DNA of 64,000 nt from Paraspadella gotoi (taxonomy: Eukaryota > Animalia > Chaetognatha): NCBI GenBank assembly GCA_051294375.1, contig CM119268.1, forward strand, positions 10,912,507 through 10,976,506, written 5' to 3'. Each line of letters begins with the position of its first letter. Position 1 is the first letter of the stretch. A program made the position numbers and the translations under genes. This document shows, piece by piece, positions 39,287 through 51,999 of the stretch. The notes below the pieces were generated by a model, which saw nothing but the letters and a program-made list of their open reading frames with translations, was not told the origin of the DNA and made no database searches.

Positions 39287-41712
39287 GTATTCCTTTCTGT
39301 TCTTTTGATGAGATACATCCCCTCGATTCCCACGTAATGACTATGGTGAGTTGTCTCTAAACTCGAGTGCTTTCACTGACCAGTCCCTAACGTCTTATCA
39401 TTCAGAATCTTATCGTCCACAAAGTAACGAAATCTAGAAAGGTTCTCTTACAAAACTCGTACTCTTATTCGCTTTCCTTGTTACACAAATATACTTTATA
39501 TCGGTTTCCCCACCTCCGCCCCCCACATGTTTGTCCTCGAGACAGTTTCTAATCTTCTTTTCTCCCGCGAATCCAACGAAGTGGGGGGAAAAATCGAAAT
39601 CCGGAAACGAAAAAAGTCACAGCCGATCCGTCTCGTCACCCTTCGACACCCCCTCTCCACCACCCCCCCCCCCGCAGCTCTCTCTCCCGATTCCATGGCG
39701 ATGAATTGAGTGTTTCTTTGGCTTTTCCTTCATACTTTTTGACACGAGGAAAACCCGGTGCCGAAATTGCGAGAGCTTATCGTCTACCGAAAAAGAAGAA
39801 GAAAAACCGCCCCGCGCGCCGTCGAAAACTCGATTGCTTGCTCTCGCTCTACATCTCTCTCTCTCTCTCGTCTCTCTCTCTCTCTCTCTCTCTCATCCCT
39901 CTGTCTCTGTCTCTCACCAACTGAGAAACTGAGAAAGGCAAAGATAACATACGTCATCACTTTCTTCGTCATCACTTTCCTTTTTTCGTGGAAAAAAGGC
40001 GACGTCGACTCAAAGAGAGAGAAAGACGACTTGTCAAGTTGACGGAGACAGATCTCGGCCACGTGCCCCCCTCCAGCGTACTCTCTCGCTCTCTCTCACT
40101 CCCTCTCTCGCTCGCGCACAATTCCCAAAAATGCATTGTGGGGTATTTTTTGAGTCAGAGTTGCGACATTCTCGTCGTGACTTGAGAAACCGTTCCGACT
40201 TTCGGAGAAATCAACGTTGACTCACTAAATTTCAAAAATCTCCTTAAAATAGATATTCTTGGCACGACGACGTAACATACTGTTTTGTTGTTGTTTTTGT
40301 TTTTTTAAGAAGGTGTTTCTTTTCTGGCCTTTATTTTTAATGTTTATTAAAAAAAATTGGTTATGGTGTTATTGGCCTGGTTTTAAAAATTATAAAACAA
40401 GCAAGTTTAAAATCAGTTTATCGAGGATTACGCTTTTAAAAATTGAAAAAAAAAGTCATTTAGCCTCATTAAATTTTAAAAGTCTGTTCTTTCAAATTTT
40501 CAAGACAACTACGTAGTTTTACATTACATTTACATCAGCAAAGTTTACCTTGCCCTTTTTTTATTGTCCTACATATCTCGTAAATCAGTCTATTTATCTC
40601 TTCTTTTTTTTTTCGGTCTAAAAGGAATCTGCTTGTTTTTATCTCTTGTTAACAAATTTCTCCTTTCCAAGTTTCATTTTGTCTAACGAAAAGTAATAAT
40701 TAATGTAATTTCAAACTTAAATGAGGTTTGTCTCATAACAGTCAGGTTTTACCTGAATAATGTGATCGCATTACAAGTTTGAGAAATTGGGTACTTAAAT
40801 TTTTTTTTCCCCCGCACTGTCAAATTAGGCATAATCTACTTTTTTTTTTCTTTTTTGAAAGTTCACAATCTCATTAGGAGCAGATTTTTTTTTTTTAGCC
40901 AAATGAGAGGGGGATGATAAAATTACAAATGTATCATCTCTCTCTCTGTTTTCATCCCTTGTATTTCACAGCAAATAATTCATCCAGAGAAATTACATTA
41001 TTTCCTTTTTTTTTTCCTACTCCGGCGAATTCGGGCCTTTTTTTCTATTTCTCTTCGAAAATCTTTCGCTCATTGCGTACGCTTTCAGCTTTCCATCATA
41101 AAATTTTCATTTGTCGGCCAGGAAGAGATAAAGAGAAAGAGAAAGAAATGGAGATGGAGATTCCCGATCGATTATCCTCGATCCCTTTGTTCGCGCGTTA
41201 CATCCTCGCAGTGAATTGATCTCTAAGTTTTGCTCCCATTCATTATGAATCGTTAAGTTTGAAGAATTTTTAAAATTATTTTTTTAAGTAGAGAGTCGAG
41301 ACAAAAAAAATCTAGGGGAGGGGACGACTCCTGTTCGGATGCACGCAATAATTAAAAGGAATTTTCCTAATTAATGTCAATCTAATTTTTTTATAGGGAA
41401 ATCCAGGAGCTCCTACAATTAAGCATTTCTCGTCTTTGGTTAAATTTAAACCGTAAAAACCTTTGATCTTTAAATTTCAATAAGGCACGAAATTTTGGAA
41501 CTCGACAGTAAAAAAAAAGTGTTATAAAAAAAAGGGAAAAAAGAATCGCATTCTTGCAGTCATGCAGTCAACCTTCTTTGTATAGACACAAGAGCTACGA
41601 AAGATATTAGATTGTTAGTTGAAAACATAAGTTAACCAACTGTCCTATCAAAGATACGTATTTGATATATAGTACATGTATTCTCTATTTCTACACTAAC
41701 TAAACTTTCCAG

Positions 41713-41842
41713 GTCCCACCGGCATGTCTCTTCTCGGCGCGTACAAGGGCTACGATCCCAACACCGACTCTACCGTCTCCAACGCCTTCGCGACGGCCGC
41801 TTTCAGATTCGGACACACACTCATCAATCCCATCATGTTCAG
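41713..41842 (+). CDS. PXDN: Peroxidasin exon with the proximal heme-ligand His
   Basis: ccag|GT...AG|gtat. [44 protein letters not shown], containing the [13 protein letters not shown] signature. Confidence 0.97.
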
Positions 41843-43135
41843 GTATAAATTTAAACATTCAAACTTTATTTCGGCTCTTCCTTTCGGTTGGATTTTAAAA
41901 AAGGGTAGAAACCTCTCTAACAGTTTTTTTCGTTCTTCTCCTTTAAAAAAAAATGATGGCATTTTGGGAAGCATTAGTGAGAGAATAGCTACTGTCAACG
42001 TTCTCTGTTTAAATTTAAATAAAAACACGAAAGCGTTTAAATTTTCGTCCGCTGAAACGGGCTAGCGTCAGCCAGTCCCATCCCGCCCCTACCCCGCCAC
42101 CTACCCCCTCGCGGAGATTCGTCCGTCCCACGCGCACCTGGTTCGTGGATCCGCAGATTGGATCCGATTTCCAATCAGCCTCGTCACGCGCGACGAACAT
42201 GTAGGCTGCTCGCGTGTCGCTCGCGCGTTCCGTCGCACGCAGGCGCGAACGAAGTTTCTTTGGGCGGGTCCTAAACAGTTTTCGGGGAAGGGTTCAGCTA
42301 GGGGGCGAGGGTTGGCGGGCTTGAGAGGAAAGGAATCGCTGGTGAGGGGTGAGGGGTAGATTCGTTCCCCTTCCAACGCCGCGAACGGCCCAGCTGCTCA
42401 CGAGCGGTCGAAACGAAGACCACGCGAAGACAATCACGTGATTTTTTATCTCGCGGTGGCTCGCGACCGCAGCGCCGCGGCGGGAGGCGGCGGAGCTGCT
42501 GGCCGCTGGCGCCCCCCCGCCCCCCCTCGACAACTTCCCTCATAAGCGCTTTTTTTTTCCTCCTCGCTTTTTTAATTGCTTCTTTAAAAACATCTGAGAC
42601 GCGAAACTTAATGTGATAAACGAGAGCAATTAAGCGGAATTTGTCTCTTCTTCTCTTTAGCGTCCATCTCCGTGGTAGAACCTGGTTTTTTGTATATCTT
42701 TTGTTCTTCTTTTTAAGTTTTTTTTTACTGATTTTATGTTTTTGTTAGGTCGGTTTTTCTTTATATTTTTATCTTTTAGCATTTACATTTTCTTTAATTC
42801 ATCCGTTCGTCTCTTCTCAGCAGCCCTAATGTGTGTGTTTTTTTAAATATGTCGGGCATTTGTTGAGACAATCATTACTAGGTCTGACATTTTTTTAACG
42901 AATTCTGTTAATGCGTTTGACAGTTTAGAGGCTCTCTTAATTCCCACAATTGCCAATTCCCAATGATTTTCTTTTTAACCTAAAAAGGTGAAAACTAGAG
43001 GTTAAACACTTCGAACTTTCATTCGTCCTTAATTTTCGGCCTTAAACAAACATATTCCCCCCACAATAACACCGTCCGATTTTAACCATTAACCGTTTTT
43101 TTTTCTCCCTTCCCTTCCCTTCCCTGTATTCCCAG

Positions 43136-43245
43136 ACTGAACGCTTCGTTCAAACCGATCCCCGAGGGAGACCTGCCGCTTCATCAAGCCTTCTTCTCTC
43201 CGTACAGACTCATCGAGGAAGGCGGCATCGATCCGCTTTTACGAG
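43136..43245 (+). CDS. PXDN: Peroxidasin exon, peroxidase domain
   Basis: cccag|A...G|gttggt. [37 protein letters not shown]. Phases match both neighbouring exons. Not in the ORF track. Confidence 0.96.
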
Positions 43246-46212
43246 GTTGGTCGTATCGATGTCTTGACGTCGTTCTTTTTGTAATCCGTTAATCGAAAAC
43301 GAACATTCATTTCCATAAATCTCGCAATCAATTTCGTATATACATCGTCGATATTGAGAGAGTAAAGTAAAAAAAAACTAGTGACTCGCACGTTATAATT
43401 TGTGCGATCGTATATTATTGTCAAATTTTTTTCTCTCCTAAAAAAAAAATTAATTTCGGTTATCAATTAAAATGGTTAATCGAATTTGTCGTGAGAAGCG
43501 AAAAACGTTGTCGTACTTTTTTATGTCGCTTAGTTCACAATCGCGGGCCCCCGAAAAAATAGGAAAATAAAAATTTAGCCAGTTTTTGTGACGACTGAGT
43601 TCGTATTTTCACGGTTAAAAATTCACGCACGGAGAAATCGCTCACGTTTAATTCCACATCGTTTGAGATGATGACTACGATTAGATTCACAAAGGAGGCA
43701 AAAAAAAAGAAGAGGGTCGGTGGAAATCGGCGCGGGGATTTTGTGATAATTCTCCTAAACGTTTTCGAGATTAAATGAGGAGTGGCGGTATATTTAAACC
43801 GCCTCACCTCTGACCTCACTCAGCAATCACCATTGACTTATAAGATCGGTACTGTTTATGAGGTTGGCTTCATAAGTTAACTTCTGATTCGGGCACATGT
43901 TTAACAAAAAGGAACGGTAATTCTAAGGTTTAACAAGCCTCGCTTCAATCCTTATTAGCATTTTCTTTAAAAAAAGAAGTAGGCGGCGGGGCAGCAGTCA
44001 TTTATTGTTAATTTTCATGTCATCATCGTCATAATTTTGATTAAATAAGAAACGCGGCTTGTGGTAGATTTCTTTTTCAAGTATCGGCTAATTATTATCT
44101 ATTATATGAAATTGGTACAACCAATATAAAAATTATCCTGTATTATGTGTACCATACGTAAATAATGCTTATTTGAATATAAGTGGTTAAGTCAGAGAGA
44201 ATGAACAACACAATTCTTACATTTTCTGCAATGGTAGCTCAAATTTCATAGAATCACGAGTACATAGGTAAAAAAATTATTTGGGAATAATATTTGTTAA
44301 ACTTTTAAACCCTTAATTGCGCAACATTATCGGTTCTCATATTTAAATTTGGTGCCTATTCGGCTAATAATCGTCTTTAGAATAGTCCCGAATCGCTTTG
44401 TAAATGATACGAGATAATTTTTTTTTTAGTCATCTCGCGCGAAAAAGAAAAAAAAATCCCAGCCTCGTAACGAAACTCGGAATCTCCTGCGCTCTCCGAT
44501 TATGGGGAAAAGTTCGCGGGGATCTGGTTTGCAAGTCGAGCGCAAGAGAGAGAGAGAGACAGAGAGAGAGAGAGAGGAAATATGATAATCAGCGCCAACG
44601 TGAAGCTCCTCCCATCCCGAGGTCGTAAAATTCCGATCTCCTTCCTTGCCTGCCCTTCCCTACTTTTTCTTTAGTCATGACTTTCCCCTACATTCTACGT
44701 TTTTAACTTTCTCTCTTACATTTTTATCACTGCCTTGCTCCCCAATCTTTTTCTTACTGATTCTCAATGGCCAATGGCAACTTCTACCTTTTGTTTTGTT
44801 TTTCTTATGGAATTGGCACAAACAAAATACATTATTCATTCATACAACGAAAAAGATATTGTGATGTTAAGCGCTTCCATCTCTCCCTACCATATCATAA
44901 AACACTATCACGACTAGTCGTACCATGCAATCGAAACTCTCTCACATTTTTGGCTATGTTTTAGTTTTTGACAACATAAAACTCCATAAATGTATGCTGA
45001 TTTGCTGAAAGCAGAGTAGAATCTTTTTTTTTTATATATAAATCAAATTTGCCGATAAAAGAAATCATGAGATNNNNNNNNNNNNNNNNNNNNNNNNNTA
45101 ATGGTCAAATGAGCGTCTGAAGTAGCGCGGGGGAACATTATATTTTGTCCTTTATCTTACCATACGTTTAAAATGATCCCTTAGTAATTTTTTTTTCCCC
45201 CGCTTTCTTGAGCGAAAGGCCGATACTATATTTTTTAAATTTAACAGTACCGAGGAAAAAAAAAAAGTGTATGTTAATGAATACGTTAATGCTAATAGTT
45301 CGCGCGAGACAGCAGGAAGAAGAGAGCGAGCAAAATCACATCGGGAACAAGGTATTCCTTAATGTGTCCTCTGAAAGCGGGTAAGGGCGGAATGGGCGGG
45401 ACCTTACTTCCTGCGAGAATTAATTTAATGTGCAATTTTCGACGACCACTCAACATGTGCAATTGTGCATTGTATTTTTTTCTCCTGTTCCCTTTCCCGC
45501 TTTTTCCATCATCGGACATCTTTTGTTTTAAACTCGCAACCCCCGCCCCCACATCTTTCGCTCCACTCCCCCCTTCCCCTTTTCCTTTGTCTCTGTCCGT
45601 CTATGCGTCTCTATCGCTTTTTTCGACGTCGTGATAATTTATTCATATTCTCCTCGATTTTACCTTTTTTTTTCTTATAGCATTTTCCATTTTTTTTCGC
45701 CTTTTCCCCTTTCTTTTTATGTTTTTTCAATACAACCCACTTTTCGCCAAGCCCATCCTTATTTTTATCATTTCTCTTTATAGTTTATGAACCTAAGGTA
45801 CGACCGATATAAAAATTATTCGTTCGTTCAACGAGCAAGCTATGTTTCCTCCTGTTTTTTTTTTGTTAATATGCTTTTAGGTATTAATAAAAATTATTAA
45901 AATTTGGACAGACTATGAATATTGCCACATTATGTTCTAATAAGATGAAGAGGGAGATTCAAATTGTATTGACATTTTTTTATTTAAGTATTTGTGATAT
46001 ATTTAAAATATTTTAATTTTATTGAGATGTTCAAAGTCTACATCTCTAATTCCCAATTTGCCCTTCTCACTCCACTACAGTCATTTCGTATTCGCCTCGA
46101 CACGAAATCCCAATCCTAATTATTCTTTCACCCGACCCCCTTACCCCCCTTTCCAAACCACTCTCCCCGACCCGCCTTCCACCCCCCCCCATTCCACCCC
46201 GCTCATCCCTAG

Positions 46213-46470
46213 GTCTCTTCGGCAAGTCACAAAGGAGGTTCGGATCCGACGAATGCTCAACGCCGAACTGGACTGAGCGTCTTTTGGCTCACGCGGTGGC
46301 GCTGGACCTCGCCGCCCTCAACGTTCAGCGCGGGAGGGACCACGGTCTTCCGTCTTTCAACGCCTACCGGACCTTTTGCAACCTCAGCGCCTTCGAGTCT
46401 TGGGACGACGAGGGAATAATCGAGTCCGCGGAAATCCGGAGGAGTTTGGAGAGACTCTACGGACACCCAG
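46213..46470 (+). CDS. PXDN: Peroxidasin exon, peroxidase domain
   Basis: ctag|GT. GLFG...LNAELTERL..AHAVALDLAALNVQRGRDHGLPSFNAYRTFCNLSAFESWDD...LERLYGHP, containing the DLAALNxQRGRDHG signature. There are small indels in 46250-46290. Confidence 0.95.
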
Positions 46471-47540
46471 GTCTCTGGGGACGATCGGTCTCTTTGTTTT
46501 TTTTAACAGTTCTGGCGCGATGTTTCGGTCTGATTCTGATTCTCTTTATTATCGACATTCTTCACTGATTTCGGGGCCTTTTTTTTGGTGCTGATACTTT
46601 AACAGGATTGGCTGTTACTTCTCGAATACGAGCATTTTTTTTTCACCCGAATTAATCCCGCCTCCGATTCACCTTTAATCCCCCATCTCTTCGGAGTCTT
46701 ATTCCGCAAAATACGTCATCTAAAAATATTTCCTTTAAATAGAGGAATTTGATTTGACAAACCTCTATCATGTTTAATTTTTATTCGTTTGTTTTTTTCG
46801 CGGAGAAGAACCCAAATCCGACTTGGTTCTGACATCACAGACTTTTCGAACCTTCTCTTTGATTTATTCAATAATTTATATTTTATTAAATCAAAGGGCG
46901 GAGCTCAGCTTTAGATCCAAAATCATTTCGATTAAGGAGACAAGTTNNNNNNNNNNTCTCTCTCTCTCTCTCTCTCTCTCTCTTTTCGTCCCCACGTCGC
47001 TTTTCTGACCACTCGACCGGAACGAAATTGACTGGGATTTTCCGATGGTGGTCAAGATAAAAGGGGAATAGGGGTGGGTTTTGGGTAAGGCTTGGTGGGT
47101 GAGGGTGAGAGGAGTGAAGTAGGAAATGAGTGGAATTGAACGGCGTTGAGATGGTAAGATCGAGTTGAGCCGGAAGTGGCTCAGCGAAAAAAAGTAGATT
47201 TTTTCGACGAAAGAGGTTTTCCCCTTTCTACCCCAACTTCGATCATTCCCTCCCTCTATGACTTTTCTTCGCTCTCTTCTCCTCATTTTTCCTCCTTTCT
47301 CCCTCTCTCATCTCCTTCCTCCCTCTTTCTCTCCTTCCTCCCTTTCTCCCACTCTCCTCTCTTTCCTCCCATTCTCCTCTCCTTCCTCTCTCCTCTACTT
47401 TCTCCCACTCTCCTCTCCTTCCTCCCTTTCTACTCTCCTTCCTCCCCTCTCTCTTCTCTTTGATAGTTGACCATCGGTCAAGGATTCGCGTGACTGACTC
47501 AGCGATACGGAGAAGGAAAGACTCGGTCCTCTGGTTCCTT

Positions 47541-47845
47541 GTCAGTTGTCATCGACGTCTTACATGTCAGTTGTCATCGACGTCTTTCATGTCAGTTGTC
47601 ATCGACTTCTTCCATGTCACTTGTCATCAACGTCTTTCATGTCAGTTGTCAGCGACTTCTACCATGTCAGTTGTCATCGCTTCTAGTAATCGAATCTTCC
47701 GATTTCAGTTGACATCGCCATCTTCATTGTCAGTGGTCAAAATTTCAATATCAGTTCTCAACAACTTTTTACATGTCAGTTATTATCAATTTCTCCCATA
47801 TAAGCTGTCATCAACTTCTACCACGTCATTTATCAGCGACCACCG
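47541..47845. repeat. 25-bp minisatellite (GTCAGTTGTCATCGACGTCTTTCAT)n, degenerating towards its 3' end
   Basis: About six well-conserved head-to-tail units from 47541, followed by diverged units. Confidence 0.9.
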
Positions 47846-49066
47846 TTGAGTTTAGTTCATCAGATATTCGTAAAGACGATCAGTCGATCTATTCGTCCAT
47901 CCGTCCTTTAAAAGATGCGAGATATCGCGCATCGTGTAGTCTCAAGTTCCTTTTTCTTCTTAAAAAAAATTTCTATGTCGCTCGATAACCTTAGCCTCTC
48001 AACTTTGCCCTCGCCACTCTGTTTGCGTCGTGTTTGTTGCATAATAGATGTCGCTTCGTCAGATATGAATGCCTCCGCGTTTATTTTTTTTTCCGCAGTT
48101 TCCCTTCTTCGTTTTTCGTTTTTCGCATAAGAACTGAGAAGCCTCTAAAATGTGGATGTGATTACTGAAGTCACGCGTTGTTTTCTACCACGAGTCAATG
48201 ACTGTAAAGACCCGTGATGACACCGAAAAGGATATTTTAAATCTATTTTCTACGCTTATTACAGCTTGAAAATAAAAACAAAATAATCAAAGTGGGGAAA
48301 ACTATCAATCATTTTTTTCCATCTCCAATAAAGAGTCCCGGTTTTTCATCTTTTCCGCTCGGTCGTTCAACCTTTCTTTTCCCAGATTTGTTCAAAACAA
48401 AAAGCTATTTTAATCTCATGCAAAAAAGATTAAAGACTAAAGAGGGAAACAAATATTCGAACGTCGAACTTGAGAAGAAAAAAAAATGTTATCTAATATC
48501 CTCGTGATCGCATAATTCTTTTTCTCCTTTTAAAAAACATCTGTCTTATCAGTGTCTTCTTTAACTAAAAAAAACTTTTTTCTTAAAAAAAAACATAGTG
48601 TAATAAATTTTAATTCCCGTTCAAACATAGTTTAACTAATGTGATGTTTATTTAAACAATTAGCTCGAATCGTCGCCTGGCCCCCAATTTTTTTAGGGAG
48701 TCTCTTTGGTTTTAATTGAATTTCTTCAAACGTTTTCTTCTCTGACTAAAAGATTTTGTGACCTCGCGTCCGGTCATTTTTTCCTGGTTTTTACGGAATC
48801 CAAGGATTTTCTACACCAATTTATTATAAGACTTTGATTTCGCCATTTATTCCCTTCAATAATAAACTTATGCACCATTTATTCGTCATTTATTCGTCAT
48901 TTATTCGACATTTACGTCCCTTTGAGATTTAGAAAACCTTGCTCCATGTTAAAGCCAGTTCAACCGAGGGCCGACGAATCGAACGCGCGACCCTTATCTA
49001 CATTAAAAACTACGCAACCCGTCTCTTGGACTCGCCGTTCAAAACATTTTTTTTTCTTTCTTACAG

Positions 49067-49233
49067 ACAACGTGGAGCTTTGGGTGGGAGGTCTCTTGGA
49101 AAGGAGCGTGGCTGGATCGAAGGTCGGCCCAACGTTCATGTGTCTTTTGGTCGATCAATTCCGAAGAATCAGAGACGGTGATCGATTTTGGTACGAAAAC
49201 CCCGGCGTCTTCAAACCAGAACAGTTGACTCAG
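49067..49233 (+). CDS. PXDN: Peroxidasin exon, peroxidase domain
   Basis: ttacag|AC...CAG|gtaaat. [56 protein letters not shown]. Confidence 0.97.
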
Positions 49234-50458
49234 GTAAATTTCTTAAAGAAAATTCAAAGATCGCGCCGCGATCCCTCTAGCGTGTGGAGCACTGGCGGTC
49301 GCCTTTATAGACATTTTTTTCAGCCCCGATCCCCTTGTAAACAAAGTTCATCTAGCGTACGCTCTTGACTTCATCACATTAGAACGTATTAGATTAATAT
49401 TATATCATTTTTTGTATTCAAAATTTCATGTTCCCTGTTCGTGGGCTTCTTCTTGCAATATTAGCGCGTGTTTTTCACGGGAAAGTGAAAACTTTGATTC
49501 TTCTTCGGTAAACATCATCCAGTTGATTTAAGCACTCCCGACTTATTTTTGAAGTTTGTGCACATGAAGCTAAACTCCTTCCCTTAATTATTTTTGATAG
49601 TTTTATGTCCCTTCGTTTCAGAAACTATTTCTCTCCCATGGAAAAGAAAAAAAAACTTGACAATATTTTATAGAAGCTGGGCGAGCCCTCTTGACCCGAG
49701 CTATCAAAAGTTTACGGAGATGGGAGTGAAGCCTAATTTAATAAGATAACCAGGGAGAGTTGTTAAAAATTCTACATTATTTTTTGGCTTTTTAAACCCT
49801 GGCTCGTTAAAACCCGTTACGAGCTCTCTTCAATTCTTAACGAGTTCCAAATCTCGTTATGCCTTCCTCCTTTTCCCGCCCAAGTTTTGGTCCTCGCAAT
49901 ATAAACGAGCTCATGGTTATATTGCCGAATTGCACTCTCGCTACCCCGTTTGCTCTTTTTCGACCCCCTACCTCGAGAGTCCATTCCCCCCATCCACCCG
50001 GGCCACCCACTTTTTCGGGCGCTATAAAAGCCACGCTTAAGTGAAAGACAACAAAGAGCATACATTTTGCGGATAAAAAATTAAAGAATACAATTTATTT
50101 AATAGCCTTCTCTTCCCGTTTAATGTCTTTCCCTTTTTTATTTCTCGCTTCTATTAATTTTTAGTTTTCCTTAATTTTCGCATCTTTTCTCTGTTATTTC
50201 TTCGTACTTTCTTTTTCCGCATTTGAAAATATAGTTATTTTTTCGTTCACTCTACTTTCCATTTCACACCTCATCTCGATAATTCTACTTTCCTCTTCTC
50301 CCATCTTCCCCATTATTTTTTCTTCCTGCTAAATCTATTATTTTTCGCTCTCAATCTGTAGTCGGCGGAAGCAAGATAGAGAGCGAGAGTTTGAGAGCGC
50401 TCGCGAGTATAAAAATAACGCTTGTGATTGTGATTTCTCTTCTCCATCTCTTTTCCAG

Positions 50459-50618
50459 ATTAAGCAATCGTCGCTGGCCCGTGTCGTCTGCGATAACGCC
50501 GACAACATCACGCGCGTTCAACCGGACGTCTTCACCGTCTCTCGATATCCGGAGGAGATGGTCTCCTGCGATGACTTACCCCAAGTCGACCTTAGATTCT
50601 GGACCGAATGTTGCCAAG
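50459..50618 (+). CDS. PXDN: Peroxidasin exon, end of the peroxidase domain
   Basis: ttccag|ATT...G|gtgaat. [53 protein letters not shown], with the peroxidasin-type [11 protein letters not shown] and WxxCC motifs. Confidence 0.97.
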
Positions 50619-51651
50619 GTGAATTTCTCCATTCTACCCATTCTTAATTATCCGTATACATATATCTTTATATATATATTTTTTCGTTAACTCAAGTTTT
50701 TCACTGGCCACTTAAATTGCCTCCCTTTCGCTAAGCCGAATAAACCCTCCCATTTTTTTTTTCACCCACGCCCCAACTCCCCACGCCTTCCGTCCCCCAT
50801 ATTATCGATGACTCGAAATCGAAAACAAAACAAACCCAATCCTGCATTAAATAAAAACCCATAAAAACAACCAAACCGTTTCGTTGTAAAACGTTTCCTT
50901 ATCCTTCCTGGCTTAATACTCGTCTTGCTTATCATTAATCGCCGGGCACGTTTCTTTTTTTAAAACTCGGGACGGGTGTTGTACGTGGTTATTTCTATCT
51001 CGCCCGCGCCAAATCTCTCGGGATTTACGCGTCCCTTATACTCGACGCGTTTTGTTCGACGTTAACAACTCCCTTTCCTTTCTCCCGTTTACCCTTCCTT
51101 TATTATTTTGGTGGGTTTTTTTTTCCCCGTTTTTTTCCCCTTTAACTTCCCTTTCTCGGTTACCCCCTTCTTTTATACTTGCGTTTTTCAAAACCTTCGT
51201 TCACAATTTGCTTTCACTGTTCACCATTTGTGATCTCAATTGGTTCTACCCTTTCTTTTCTTATGCATTTCCTCCTTGCTATTTATTTTGACCGTTTCCC
51301 TGTTCGTTTTCATTTTCCCCGTTGCTTTTAACTCCTTTGTTTTTCCCTTTCTCGTTCCCTTTTACCTTTGCTTTTCGCGTTCGGTTTTTTCCTTTGCTTT
51401 CTCTGCGCGTTTCCTTTTTATCTTTGGCCCTTTTCTATTCTCCTTTGCCTTTCCCTTTTGCCTCTACCCGTTGCTTTTCCCCGTTGCTTATCACCTTTGC
51501 TCCTCCCTTTGTTTCCCATTGCTTTCTGTCTTGGCATCATCCCCTACTTCCAACCCTTTGCATTCCCCCCCCCCACCTTCCCGCCCACGACTTCCCGGGG
51601 CCAATCCTTGCTCCCTCGAAACAAAACTAAAACTCCCGAACCCAGACTTAC

Positions 51652-51999
51652 CTCGCTCCATTCCGCCCGAGCATTACCATTGCCCCGGCGCGTCTCACCT
51701 CCGATGCCGCCACGTTTACCTCTGGTGCCCGTCCCACGATCGGGACTCTTACTTTTACCGCCTCCACCAACGCCGCCTGCAATGGAGGCGGGAAGAGGCG
51801 ACGAGGGCTCGAAGGGTGGAGAGCGGGAGAAGGCGGGAACGGGTGGAGGTTCGACGGAGGGCGTCGGCCAATGCGAGAGAGAGCCGGAGGCTGGGATCGG
51901 TCCAGGGGTCGGATACATATCACCCCAACTCGTTGGAGAATCGAGCGGATCCGAGGATCGAGGATAGTCTCCTACATTCTCGTCGCGGAGACTCGAACT
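51652..51999 (-). CDS. Orphan antisense exon (116 codons, Pro/Ser/Gly-rich) inside a peroxidasin intron
   Basis: Long pyrimidine tract plus ggacag|AGT acceptor, GAG|GTAAGT donor, 348 nt, phase 0-0, open throughout (SSSLRDENVGDYPRSSDPLDSP...ARAEWSE). Confidence 0.6.

Noticed and set aside
47541-47845. CRISPR-like periodicity
   Set aside because: Head-to-tail units with no spacers, in an animal intron, and no cas genes.
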